A stretch of 64,000 nt of DNA from a virus: the IMG/VR virus record IMGVR_UViG_3300032397_000001; one strand, given 5' to 3'. The notes under the pieces are model-generated. The model made no database searches, was not told where the DNA came from, and was given only the letters and a program-made list of their open reading frames with translations. Position 1 is the stretch's first letter. Every line of letters begins with the position of its first letter. A program made the translations under genes and the position numbers. Shown piece by piece: positions 28,780-38,459 of this stretch.

Positions 28780-29319
28780 ATGAAAAGTGATGATTCTAGT
28801 AATGATGTTAAGATAATTCAGGATATCAAAATCGTTCAACAAATCGTTAAAGACGTCTTACATTCACGTTCTGGCGAAGGTGTAACACTCAACGTTGTAA
28901 ACATTGGGCAAATTTTACATTCCTACTCTCAGCGTAATCTCGCCTTACCAGATCTTCAATATCTTCCTCCTAAGGAACTCGATTTAAGAAAATTTGTCGA
29001 CGCTCTCCCTGAACCTCGACTTGACAGTTTAATTAGAATAGCTTATGAGATTGCACTCAAGTCTTTCGAATATCAGAAAGATGCAGCATGTTGGTTAGGA
29101 ATCTCTGAACGTACAATGTCTTATCAAAGAATGAGATTAGGACTTGACAAAGAACCTCTCAAGCTTGAAGAGAAGATTATTGACGCTGAGATTATTGAAA
29201 GTGCTCCTTTAGATAAAGATCAATCAGGTAAAGAAAAACCTGTTAATCCAGAGAAGAAAAAGGTTGGCTGGCCTAAGGGTAGGCCTCGTGGCCCCCGTAA
29301 GACAAACAACGGTCAATAA
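28780..29319 (+). CDS. Fis-type HTH protein with C-terminal AT-hook-like motif
   Basis: QKDAACWLGISERTMSYQRMRLGL; KKKVGWPKGRPRGPRK. Confidence 0.7.
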   Translation: MKSDDSSNDVKIIQDIKIVQQIVKDVLHSRSGEGVTLNVVNIGQILHSYSQRNLALPDLQYLPPKELDLRKFVDALPEPRLDSLIRIAYEIALKSFEYQKDAACWLGISERTMSYQRMRLGLDKEPLKLEEKIIDAEIIESAPLDKDQSGKEKPVNPEKKKVGWPKGRPRGPRKTNNGQ

Positions 29320-29369
29320 TATATCATAGGAGGTGATTCTGTTATGGGCTAGTTTAAGGGAGGCCTTAT

Positions 29370-29729
29370 ATGATGCAAGCGCTCGGAGTCCACTGGATTG
29401 TGGATTTTTGGGGTTGTGATTTTGCTTCATTGAATAATGTACCCCTTGTTGAGAAAGCGCTAGTAAGTGCAGCAACGCAGTCGGGCGCTACAATCTTAGC
29501 ATATAAGTTTTGTCAATTTGAGCCACAGGGTGTTTCAGGTGCAGTTATTATTTCGGAGAGTCATTTTTCGATTCATACTTGGCCTGAGTATGGATACGCT
29601 GCAGTAGATTTATTTACTTGCGGAACCAAAGTCAAAATGTCTGTTGCGTTGGATGTCATAAAGAAATCTTTGAATCCCAGTGTTCCCGTGCAGGTGTTTG
29701 AGGTCCACAGGGGTGTCAAAGTTGAATAG
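29370..29729 (+). CDS. speD: S-adenosylmethionine decarboxylase proenzyme
   Basis: FEPQGVSGAVIISESHFSIHTWPEYGYAAVDLFTCG with E-S self-cleavage site. Confidence 0.92.
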   Translation: MMQALGVHWIVDFWGCDFASLNNVPLVEKALVSAATQSGATILAYKFCQFEPQGVSGAVIISESHFSIHTWPEYGYAAVDLFTCGTKVKMSVALDVIKKSLNPSVPVQVFEVHRGVKVE

Positions 29730-29747
29730 TATTTGGGGGCCTCTTGA

Positions 29748-30038
29748 GAAAAGAGAACATCAGGTAAATACTTTAAGGGTACTGTGTATGAGAAGAAAAT
29801 TATCCAGCTATATGGAGATTCGGCTAGGTTTGATTTTCGAGACTTTTATGATTTACTAGATTTCGTTTTCGTGGATGGGGCACACTCATACGAATATGCG
29901 AAGTTTGATTCTGAGACAGCGTTTAAGCTTATTGATTCCAGGGGGTTTATTTTATGGCATGACTATGGAAGTTGGCCTAGAGTAATAACTGCTTTAGAGG
30001 AATTATATAATAAAGGATTGGACCTTAGACATAGTTAG
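29748..30038 (+). pseudogene. C-terminal fragment of a Methyltransf_24-like methyltransferase
   Basis: QLYGDSARFDF..DFVFVDGAHSYEY..GFILWHDY present; SAM-binding motif I absent; in-frame TGA at 29745. Confidence 0.65.
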
Positions 30039-30074
30039 TCTTTTTTGATTGTATGAAACGCTTGTGAGGATAAA

Positions 30075-30713
30075 ATGGAGTTTAAGGAGATCTTTTCAAA
30101 TTGGAATGATGTGATTCGAGATCACTATCCTATAGATCGTAGAATGTCGATTATGCGTGGCGTTGATGGAATGAGTTCGGAGAACGTTAGATTCCTTATA
30201 AATGAGATTGTTCGTAGATACGCAAAGGTATATGTTGAAGCGGGTATCTATAGAGGTGGAAGTCTTTTAAGTGCAGCTTTATATAATGAAGTGATGTGCA
30301 TTGGATTTGATAACTTTTCAGGATTCAATGATGATGGGGCTAATCATCAGAAGCTCAACAAGAATCTGTCCTCTCTTAAAGATCATTATAAGAACTCACA
30401 GATAATCATTCATGAAGTTGACTATCGGAGGATTCCAGAATTTGTTCGGGACCTAAAGGTAGATGTTTACTATTATGATGCTGCTCATGAATATGAACAT
30501 CAGTTACGTGGTTTGGAATTAATGCTTCCTTTCCTATCTGAAAGGTGCTTCCTTCTTGTGGATGATATAAACTGGTCTCGGGTTAATGAGGCTACTGAGG
30601 AGTTTCTCGAGAGGCACGTTGGCTTTGAAACATTATTCAAAGTGTTTACTGAAGATAATGCCCAACCAACTTGGTGGAATGGCTTTCAGGTAATCGGAAG
30701 AAATATAGAATGA
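30075..30713 (+). CDS. Class I SAM-dependent methyltransferase (Methyltransf_24-like)
   Basis: YVEAGIYRGGSL, DVYYYDAAHEYE, LLVDDINW. Confidence 0.85.
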   Translation: MEFKEIFSNWNDVIRDHYPIDRRMSIMRGVDGMSSENVRFLINEIVRRYAKVYVEAGIYRGGSLLSAALYNEVMCIGFDNFSGFNDDGANHQKLNKNLSSLKDHYKNSQIIIHEVDYRRIPEFVRDLKVDVYYYDAAHEYEHQLRGLELMLPFLSERCFLLVDDINWSRVNEATEEFLERHVGFETLFKVFTEDNAQPTWWNGFQVIGRNIE

Positions 30714-31447
30714 TAATGTCAGTTATTAATACTGTAATCTCTATATTGACTCACACCAATAATGGCATTCGGAGGCCGCTTATAAGAGAGTCTTTGTTGT
30801 CTTTCTTCAAGTATACAAATCTTGATGGATCAGCAGTTTTCATTGATGATCATGGGTCTAATGATGAATGGCAAAAGGAGTTAATGAATTCATTTCACAA
30901 GATTCCAAATGTTACGATTCGTCTTCACAGAGAGAACGTTAATGCGGGAACAAATCGTTTCTTTGATATCCCACTCGCGTGTGAAGAGAATCCTGAGGCG
31001 CACTACTTAGTATTACTTGACGATGATCTTCTTTATCAGCATGGATGGTTACAGTTTGCACAACATTTATTAGATACCTTGCCTAATGCAGGTGTTGTTG
31101 GTCTGTGCCGTCATAGAGCTCACGCTGTACAGTGGGCATACTCATATCCAGAAGACCCAAGATATACAATCTTTGATACATTTGACACTCCAGGCGGCAT
31201 GATAATAATGTCTGTAGATACATACCGTAAAACTAAGGGGTGGCCCCCTTTAGGGAGTGGTAGTGACTCAATATTTATGGGAACAATCCGCATGAATCTG
31301 GAGAAGAAGCTTTATGCAATATCACCCCCGATTCTGCGTCATGTTGGGTACGTAAGTGATGATGGGAAACCTGTACGGTTTGATAATCTGTTGAGGGAGG
31401 AGAATAAAACGTTTATTCCTTTACTGGGAAAAAAGCAGAATGAATAG
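30710..31447 (+). CDS. Glycosyltransferase family 2 (GT-A fold)
   Basis: FIDDHGSND, LVLLDDDLLY (DxD), LRHVG. Confidence 0.8.
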   Translation: MIMSVINTVISILTHTNNGIRRPLIRESLLSFFKYTNLDGSAVFIDDHGSNDEWQKELMNSFHKIPNVTIRLHRENVNAGTNRFFDIPLACEENPEAHYLVLLDDDLLYQHGWLQFAQHLLDTLPNAGVVGLCRHRAHAVQWAYSYPEDPRYTIFDTFDTPGGMIIMSVDTYRKTKGWPPLGSGSDSIFMGTIRMNLEKKLYAISPPILRHVGYVSDDGKPVRFDNLLREENKTFIPLLGKKQNE

Positions 31448-32012
31448 TTATAAGTTATTATTGTCAATGGTTAACTTCCGTGTAAAGAGACATCTCGATA
31501 TTGGTACTTGTACCAAAGATAATTGGGCATCTGTAATTCCATCTGAAACAAGGTTATCCTGTGAAGCAGCTCCGAAGTTTATAGCCAATTGTCCAACTCC
31601 ATGCTTCTATGGGGAAGCTTTACAGTTAAATGATTTTTTGAGTTCGAAGTCATTTGACTTGATTACTGCTTTGGATTTCATAGAGCATAATTTAAAGGAG
31701 AATGGTTATAAGATAATTACTATGTTGGAGAACTTGTGTAGAGGAAGACTTATATTCTTTACTCCTCTCGGAGATTGGTGTGTTTATTCAACCGACGATA
31801 AATATCAATGTCACCTTTCTGGTTGGCATCCTTCTGAGTTTATATCATTAGGATATTCATGTTGGGTTTTTCCCAATTTTCATAAAGAGTCTGTAGGGCT
31901 TGAATCAGCCTTCTTTGCGATCAAGGATTTCGATAGTCAGATTCCAAGTGTAGTGGATAGTATATTTACTTCAGATGATTCTATGTTTAAGGAAAATCAT
32001 TGGGAGAAGTAA
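31440..32012 (+). CDS. Class I SAM-dependent methyltransferase
   Basis: HLDIGT, SFDLITALDFIEH, IFFTP, HLSGW. Confidence 0.75.
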   Translation: MNSYKLLLSMVNFRVKRHLDIGTCTKDNWASVIPSETRLSCEAAPKFIANCPTPCFYGEALQLNDFLSSKSFDLITALDFIEHNLKENGYKIITMLENLCRGRLIFFTPLGDWCVYSTDDKYQCHLSGWHPSEFISLGYSCWVFPNFHKESVGLESAFFAIKDFDSQIPSVVDSIFTSDDSMFKENHWEK

Positions 32013-32758
32013 TGTCTAAACTAAACTTCTTTCAACCTGTCTATAATTTAGAAGGACAGAGATTAAGTCCTGTAGGTTCGTGGGATGAAATATTTTTGTG
32101 GAATAGTGCTTGCTGGGATAGATCTATACCTAAAGATTGTACGAGATTGACATATTTAGATGTTGGTTGTTGTGAAGGATTGTATCTTCTTTATTTCGAA
32201 TTAAGTAAAGGAGACGCATTCGGTCTAGACTTTTTCGGGACTGGAGTCTGTTCTTTCTCTCCTCAGGAGCTTGGTAAGCTTTATGACTTTGAACAATTCA
32301 AGTACATTAGGGATATGTATAAAGCACAGTATGTTGCTCAGGTCGGAGGAATCCTTGATGGCAAGATAATTCCAAAACCAGATAGAAAGTTTAATATAGT
32401 ATCATGTATGAATACAATTGAATATGTAGACAAGTATGAATCTGTAATAGATGAACTGTTTAAGTTAGCGGAGGACAGAGTTATAATCTGTACTGAGACG
32501 TCTCTTGACAAGCCTACCTACTATGCTAGTTATATGAATGCTCGATGTATCAACGTAGACGAGTTAATGGCACATATGTCAAGATGGCCTCTCACTGTAT
32601 GGACTCTCAAGTTGTATCCTCCCAATGATGTTCCTCATTATGAAGTCTTCATTGTTGCAACGAATCCAAAGTCACTTTTACCCCCTATAGATTCGAGTGC
32701 CGTTGCTTATAGTTTTGGTGTAACAGTATGTCAGCAGAACCGTGGGAGAAAGATATGA
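32012..32758 (+). CDS. Class I SAM-dependent methyltransferase
   Basis: YLDVGCCEG motif I; FNIVSCMNTIEY. Confidence 0.75.
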   Translation: MSKLNFFQPVYNLEGQRLSPVGSWDEIFLWNSACWDRSIPKDCTRLTYLDVGCCEGLYLLYFELSKGDAFGLDFFGTGVCSFSPQELGKLYDFEQFKYIRDMYKAQYVAQVGGILDGKIIPKPDRKFNIVSCMNTIEYVDKYESVIDELFKLAEDRVIICTETSLDKPTYYASYMNARCINVDELMAHMSRWPLTVWTLKLYPPNDVPHYEVFIVATNPKSLLPPIDSSAVAYSFGVTVCQQNRGRKI

Positions 32759-32836
32759 GTCATTTTATACATTAGATCTTTCAGAGTTTCCTAAATATGT
32801 ATTCGAGAACTTAGATAAGTTTAGAGAGTTATTAGC

Positions 32837-33637
32837 ATGAGTGTATTAGGTGGTTCCATCTTTGTACATAATGCTGTCAAGTTTGATTACTGTCTTCGAG
32901 AGGCAATTGAGAGTCTTTGTTATACCTGCGATCATGTTGTTGCTCTCGATGCTGGAAGTCAAGACGGCACTTTCGAGATTATGCAAGAGTGTCAAAAGAA
33001 GTTTTCTAATTTACGAGTTTTCAATCATGGAAGTTGGGAATGCGCTCCTGATAAACACAGGTTAAGTATCCTTGCGAACCAAGCAAAAGATTTATTACCT
33101 TCTGAGTGTGATTGGCATTTCATGTTGCAAGCAGACGAAGTAATTCATGAGAATGCAAGAGATGTAATTAAACGTGTAACCTCTTCGGAAAAAAACTCTA
33201 AGGGTTTTTGGTGTAGGCGATTTAATTTGTGGGGTGACTTTGATCATTATGTTGGTCTTCAGAGTAAATATCGTCCTTGTGGTGATTATCCTTGTCGTCT
33301 TGCTATAAGATCAAGTAAGGCGGTTGGAGACGCAGAATCACTAGATTTGTTTTCGAGTGCGAATCGTGAGTTTGTTGATCAAATTGTAATCTTTCATTAC
33401 GGCCTTGTACGTAATCCTGTCATTATATGTGATAAGATTATTGATATGCAAAGTTGGTTCTTTGGCTTTGGAGGACAACCTGATCCACGTGTAGTGAAGA
33501 ATAAGGCTGAGTATGGAATGTTTCAACCCTTTGATACGATACCGCAAAGCGAGCTTTGTAAAATTCCTGTTTCTCATCCCGTGTTTATGGAAGAGTGGTT
33601 AAAAGAAAGGCGCCCAAAGTGGCCCTTTAAGGTTTAA
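32837..33637 (+). CDS. Glycosyltransferase family 2
   Basis: CDHVVALDAGSQDGT, WHFMLQADEVIHE, IFHYG. Confidence 0.85.
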   Translation: MSVLGGSIFVHNAVKFDYCLREAIESLCYTCDHVVALDAGSQDGTFEIMQECQKKFSNLRVFNHGSWECAPDKHRLSILANQAKDLLPSECDWHFMLQADEVIHENARDVIKRVTSSEKNSKGFWCRRFNLWGDFDHYVGLQSKYRPCGDYPCRLAIRSSKAVGDAESLDLFSSANREFVDQIVIFHYGLVRNPVIICDKIIDMQSWFFGFGGQPDPRVVKNKAEYGMFQPFDTIPQSELCKIPVSHPVFMEEWLKERRPKWPFKV

Positions 33638-33714
33638 GAGTGCCCCGTTAATTTTATTAGGAGGTGTATTACAATAAGAGAAAGTCACAACCAACCAACA
33701 GAAGGAGACAAGTC

Positions 33715-34170
33715 ATGAAGAAGAGATTTCTCTTATTTCTCATCTGTGCCGCGGTCGTCTTTACACCCTTGGTTTTTGCTGCTCCAGGAGATTGGGTTGA
33801 TATTGGGACAGTCAATATCAACTCAACAGATGTCACCGCTTCTGTGGTGGTGAACAAACAGTATCAAGTTTCAGTGATTGGTACAGGAGCTCCTGGCCTC
33901 GATAGTGCGAGATCTGATCCAAGTCAAGCTCTTTCTATTGTGCCAACTGCTACGTCAGATGTAGTTATCAATCTGTTGAAAGGTCAAGGATTGGATGTTG
34001 TAAAGATTGGGGCTGCTGTGAAGTATACTTGGACAGCCAGCACGTATGATGTTTTCAAAGATGATGGAACCAAAGTTACTTATCCTGTTCCGTCATATAA
34101 GGTTTCATTGCGTGAGGTTGTTCGAATCAGTCAATGTTCTACTCCAGGTGGACCGACTAGAGTACCGTAG
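33715..34170 (+). CDS. Secreted protein, apparently a circularly permuted FN3 domain
   Basis: RBS gaaggag; signal peptide; FN3 F-G strand motif precedes the B-C strand motif. Confidence 0.6.
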   Translation: MKKRFLLFLICAAVVFTPLVFAAPGDWVDIGTVNINSTDVTASVVVNKQYQVSVIGTGAPGLDSARSDPSQALSIVPTATSDVVINLLKGQGLDVVKIGAAVKYTWTASTYDVFKDDGTKVTYPVPSYKVSLREVVRISQCSTPGGPTRVP

Positions 34171-34316
34171 AGTCTAGTTCGGGTCGTTGCTGAGTTCGCT
34201 CATGAAGAGCTCTCAGAGAGCCTTTTGTTTCTCTGTCTGCATATTCTCTGCCTTAAAAGATTCTTTTTTAGGTCTTGAATTTCTTATAAAATTCTTGAAT
34301 GAGACTTAAAGGAGCT

Positions 34317-34352
34317 TTCTTTAGACTTCTTTAGACTTCTTTAGACTTCTTT
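34317..34352. repeat. 10-bp tandem repeat x3
   Basis: ttagacttct x3. Confidence 0.9.
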
Positions 34353-34398
34353 GTATTTCTGTGCCTTACTTGTTCCTAATTAGATTTTTAAATGCCAC

Positions 34399-34427
34399 TT
34401 TAAAAGTACTGAAAAACCATATATAAT
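34399..34427 (+). promoter_or_regulatory. sigma70-like promoter
   Basis: TTTAAA-17-TATAAT; flanks similar to the 61746 promoter. Confidence 0.55.
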
Positions 34428-34529
34428 AAAATAAAAAGCAAAAATAATATAGTCCTATGTTCCTAAAAAACCAAAAAAACCGGTACAGACAAACCAAACA
34501 CAGATTGTCATAAAATTAAGGAACCTGCT

Positions 34530-35315
34530 ATGAACGAAATGTTTGAGGTCAAAGACAAGGTATATGGAGCCGAACCAAGACCAATAATAAAGGTTTTTCA
34601 TCGAAAGAAACGTTGGCGAATCATAGATGAAAAAAGATGTATGGAAGTACGATCTCCTAACTTATCAGGCCTTGAGATTTATGCAACTAAGGGTACCGGA
34701 AAGAGAGATGAGATTACAGGTAAAACCCTAGAGGAGCTCTTCAGTTTCTTACCTACTAACTCTTGCCTACCTAACGGATCCAACCCCACAGAAAGCGTTC
34801 TTGCCCAAGCCGAAGATCTAAATATTGAGGATATTCTTGCCTTCCTTGAGGGTAAGCAGAAAGCGTATTATTACGAGGATGAAGAGATCGTTAATATCCT
34901 TAAGATGAATGGGTATGACGATCCAAAGAATGTCGAAACACATGACACATTACAAGAACTGTATGAGCAGGATATGCTCAAGATGTATTTAGAGGGTCAG
35001 GGTTTCAAGATGCCGGAACAGATCGAGACTAAAGTAAAGAGACCTGAAACGTTACGAGATGCATGTTTTGAACATTTAGATAAGGCTGGTCGATATGGTT
35101 TCGAACATGAGCAGGGTATCTCGCTTAAAGATCTAGGAATGTATCTTGTTAATCAGGAAGATGTTGTTCCGTTCATCAAAGGAATGGTATCGCTACACCT
35201 TGTCAGAGAGATCGTTTCGATTATTCATCAATGGTCAACATGTCGTGGTGTCGAAAGCAAGGACGGATACTTCGATTTACCCGGAGCTAAATGGATGGGA
35301 TTAGCAACAAAATGA
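34530..35315 (+). CDS. Hypothetical protein; C-terminal domain related to 22545 and 38878
   Basis: LRDACFEHLD..LGMYLV..HQWSTCRG. Confidence 0.6.
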   Translation: MNEMFEVKDKVYGAEPRPIIKVFHRKKRWRIIDEKRCMEVRSPNLSGLEIYATKGTGKRDEITGKTLEELFSFLPTNSCLPNGSNPTESVLAQAEDLNIEDILAFLEGKQKAYYYEDEEIVNILKMNGYDDPKNVETHDTLQELYEQDMLKMYLEGQGFKMPEQIETKVKRPETLRDACFEHLDKAGRYGFEHEQGISLKDLGMYLVNQEDVVPFIKGMVSLHLVREIVSIIHQWSTCRGVESKDGYFDLPGAKWMGLATK

Positions 35316-35445
35316 TTCGCGAATGTGAGAATTGTGGTCGAGAATACAATCCCAAGCTGGTTGTTCCGTTCATCATCTGAGGATCGTGTAGAGATTAAGA
35401 AGCTGTTCCTTGAGAGACATTCGATCACGACAAAGGGTAAATTGA

Positions 35446-35850
35446 ATGGGTTCGTTAGAGAATGTATATGAAGTAGTAGTAAAGCAAGAGGGTTCAGTAA
35501 TTGAACACTGGAAACCAACCACTACTCAACGTTATGAAGAGAGAATATGGAAGTCGGAATTAGGTGGGTGGACAAAGTCTGAGTTTTTTATTGGGTGTAT
35601 GATTGAAGGGTTTCAGAAAATCCCTTCATGTACTGTGGAAGTTAAGGTACAGAAGGCTGTAAAGAAGGTTACTATCAGGTGGGGTAAAATGGTGCTTGCA
35701 AGGTGGGCACCTCATTCAACGTGGAAAGATATGTGGACAAATTTTGGTAATCCTGGAATGATTAAATCTACAAAGTCTATAAGAGAAATGATTGAACAGT
35801 GGGGAAAATCTGTACCAACAGAGTGCACAATAGAGGTAGAGGAAGGATGA
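35446..35850 (+). CDS. Hypothetical protein
   Basis: ORF track. Confidence 0.55.
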   Translation: MGSLENVYEVVVKQEGSVIEHWKPTTTQRYEERIWKSELGGWTKSEFFIGCMIEGFQKIPSCTVEVKVQKAVKKVTIRWGKMVLARWAPHSTWKDMWTNFGNPGMIKSTKSIREMIEQWGKSVPTECTIEVEEG

Positions 35851-36509
35851 AGAGGCCAACTAATTTTGTTGAAGCTATTTCGCTTGCATCAAAGTTTTTC
35901 TCGTTGTCATTACCAACCACAGAGGATGAGTTAAAGAAGGCTTTTAGATCAGCAAGTAAAGTTCTTCATCCTGATGTAGGAGGTGATGAAGAACTTTTCA
36001 AATCTATGAAGGAAGCTTACGAGAAGATTTTAGATGTCGCTGAAAACTTTGGCTGTGTTTTTTCTGATGGAGATGACTTTAAGTTAGAAACTACAATTGA
36101 AGGAATACCACTGGTTAGTTTGGGACTCGGTCTTGGTCTTATGGTTAATGGTAAGGATTGCTATAGTTGTAATCACCAAGGGTACACGAAGCATTTTGGA
36201 GTTTCGTATAAAGTGTGCGGCTGTGAAGATGGAATGATCAGGGCTGTATTTCCATGTTCATCATGTAAAGGTACTGGTAAGTTTGAACAGAGGAGTGGGA
36301 GGATTATAGATTGCCGAAGATGTGGAGGCACTGGAAAATTTATTCATCCATATAAGATGGTAATTTGTCCTAAATGTCGCGGTTCGGCAACTATACAATC
36401 CTTTAATGATGAATGGTATTACAGGAGATGTGGCACCTGTAATGGCACTGGAGAGATAAAGATTTTTAACCCGGTTCTACCTAAGGGTAGATTGATGGGG
36501 CTCAAATGA
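35847..36509 (+). CDS. DnaJ-like protein (J domain plus CxxCxGxG zinc-finger repeats)
   Basis: ELKKAFRSASKVLHPDVGG (HPD); CSSCKGTG, CRRCGGTG, CPKCRGS, CGTCNGTG. Confidence 0.85.
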   Translation: MKRPTNFVEAISLASKFFSLSLPTTEDELKKAFRSASKVLHPDVGGDEELFKSMKEAYEKILDVAENFGCVFSDGDDFKLETTIEGIPLVSLGLGLGLMVNGKDCYSCNHQGYTKHFGVSYKVCGCEDGMIRAVFPCSSCKGTGKFEQRSGRIIDCRRCGGTGKFIHPYKMVICPKCRGSATIQSFNDEWYYRRCGTCNGTGEIKIFNPVLPKGRLMGLK

Positions 36510-36554
36510 AGACATATAGATTTCAAGTCGGGAATAGCCGTAAGGAGAAGAGTT

Positions 36555-36929
36555 ATGAATGATGAAGATAAGGATAAAGATCCAGGAGTATGCGTTTTTT
36601 GTGGAGCACCATTTGTTTGGGTGAGACCAGGAAAAGTGCAGGAGACTTGTGATTGCTTCTTACCAGTAGAAGGAGTAACACAGGGGCAACATAAACAGTT
36701 ATTACAGGAGCACGCGAAACTAATTGTTTACCGAGATCACTGGGAGACATCTTACGATGTCGCTACAGTACGAGCATTCAACGCTGAGAAGCAGGTTACT
36801 ACTATCGACTTGAAGGTGAAGAAGCTGATGGAAGAAAATACGGAACTCAAGCGCCAGTTAGATGAGAAGTATGAACAACTCAACATCCAAGCACACAATG
36901 AGAGAGTGTTGAATCAGGGTAGAGAATGA
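36555..36929 (+). CDS. Zn-ribbon plus coiled-coil hypothetical protein
   Basis: CVFCG..CDC; heptad C-terminus. Confidence 0.55.
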   Translation: MNDEDKDKDPGVCVFCGAPFVWVRPGKVQETCDCFLPVEGVTQGQHKQLLQEHAKLIVYRDHWETSYDVATVRAFNAEKQVTTIDLKVKKLMEENTELKRQLDEKYEQLNIQAHNERVLNQGRE

Positions 36930-36930
36930 A

Positions 36931-37227
36931 ATGAGTGATCCACATTTACCTGTTGACGAGTGGGGTGATACTCTCAGAGAATGTACTAAGCACCCTGGGT
37001 GTCAGTATACTGTGGATTCGGAGTGTGAAAAATGTATGGAATCAGAACTATCAAAGATAGACTTCATTAAGATAGAGGATTGTTGTTGTGGACATAATGA
37101 AGGGCATCCATGGAAATGCCATTGTGTATTCTGTTGTATCTGTGGTAAGTATCTCAGAGAAGATCCTCATGGGGATGATGAATTTGATGTATGTCCTGAA
37201 TGTTATGAAGGAGAAATAGGACGATGA
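36931..37227 (+). CDS. Cys-rich hypothetical protein
   Basis: Many Cys in CxxC pairs. Confidence 0.55.
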   Translation: MSDPHLPVDEWGDTLRECTKHPGCQYTVDSECEKCMESELSKIDFIKIEDCCCGHNEGHPWKCHCVFCCICGKYLREDPHGDDEFDVCPECYEGEIGR

Positions 37228-37655
37228 TGGGTGAAGGAACCATATGGCCAGAACGGAATGTTATTTTCGCTTGGCTTGAAAAACATGGCATCGGTGAAAA
37301 CGTAGTATCGCACCAACAGGCGATTGAATTATCAGAAGCTATAACTACTTGTCGCTTGAAGATTCAGGCTGATCTCACTAGAGAGCGAGACAATAGGGGT
37401 ACATACGGGAGGATTATAGATGAAATAATAAAACCGAATTGGGCTGAGGAATCAGGAAAAGCTAGAACACATGAATATTATGATGTGTGCTACTTGAATG
37501 CGCTTGGGTATTGGCCTAATCACAAAGTTCCAGAATGGACTAAAGAAATTGTGGTTAGAATGGGTTATTCACTTACCAACTTTTGTATTATAGAGTATGC
37601 ATTCCTTAAAGAGATTGCAGAATTACGACAATGTCTACTGTTGAAAGATCAGTAA
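37224..37655 (+). CDS. Hypothetical protein
   Basis: ORF track; RBS. Confidence 0.55.
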   Translation: MMGEGTIWPERNVIFAWLEKHGIGENVVSHQQAIELSEAITTCRLKIQADLTRERDNRGTYGRIIDEIIKPNWAEESGKARTHEYYDVCYLNALGYWPNHKVPEWTKEIVVRMGYSLTNFCIIEYAFLKEIAELRQCLLLKDQ

Positions 37656-37669
37656 AGGAGGGACAAACG

Positions 37670-37891
37670 ATGCAGATAACAGTATGTAATATATGTAATA
37701 GTGAAATCAAACATGATGCTGGGATGAGAGATGGTAAATTCCTTATACAGGCAAAGACCAAAGAAGCTGGAATGCTTAAGGTGGAGATTTCTTGTGATAA
37801 GAAATCCAACTGTGATATTCATCGGGATTGTCTAGCCGAGATGGTTAACAAGATTATTAGGGGCGGTTATAACAACACAGAGGAGACTTAA
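37670..37891 (+). CDS. Small Zn-binding hypothetical protein
   Basis: CNIC..HRDC; RBS aaggagg. Confidence 0.55.
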   Translation: MQITVCNICNSEIKHDAGMRDGKFLIQAKTKEAGMLKVEISCDKKSNCDIHRDCLAEMVNKIIRGGYNNTEET

Positions 37892-37894
37892 GAG

Positions 37895-38170
37895 ATGCAA
37901 GTGAAAAATTTAGAAGGACTTGTAGACGGAATCATTCGAGAGGAATATGGTGGGTGTCATCCGAGTCGAGATCAGGTTTGTCATTTGAAGGCTAAGGTAG
38001 AAGATCACGTCGTCAAAGTTTTCGTTGTAGGGAAGTGGAGAACCATTCGATATTATAGCCCCAACAAAAAGATTCCCTCTGAAAAGATTGTAGCGGAATG
38101 TATTCATACTGTTCGTGTGAATACAGGGGGAACTTTTGAAGGGAAAGATATCGTTCTAGATTGGGAATGA
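37895..38170 (+). CDS. Hypothetical protein
   Basis: ORF track. Confidence 0.5.
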   Translation: MQVKNLEGLVDGIIREEYGGCHPSRDQVCHLKAKVEDHVVKVFVVGKWRTIRYYSPNKKIPSEKIVAECIHTVRVNTGGTFEGKDIVLDWE

Positions 38171-38183
38171 AAGGAGAAGAGAA

Positions 38184-38459
38184 ATGCAAGTAGCCCCTGA
38201 TTGGAGCATGGTTGGAACAGTAGAAAAAATTGAACACGAACTCGTTGGTTTCAAATTTGAAGGTCCGGGTATTTACTTTATAAAGACTGATACACTTTTG
38301 ATTGTGCCAAGACCCACAACCGGATCACGTACCGTAGAAAACATTTGGCATCTGAAACAACCCGAAGGTACGGTCTACGAAGTATATGTATACAACACTC
38401 CTGAAACAATCTTCAAGGCGATAGGACGAGCACCCATAAGACAGGATGATAGAGACTAA
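38184..38459 (+). CDS. Hypothetical protein
   Basis: ORF track; RBS aaggag. Confidence 0.55.
   Translation: MQVAPDWSMVGTVEKIEHELVGFKFEGPGIYFIKTDTLLIVPRPTTGSRTVENIWHLKQPEGTVYEVYVYNTPETIFKAIGRAPIRQDDRD

Noticed and set aside
27697-32758. Restriction-modification DNA methyltransferases
   Set aside because: No DPPY/NPPY or PCQ catalytic motifs; sizes and motifs fit small-molecule or glycan methyltransferases.
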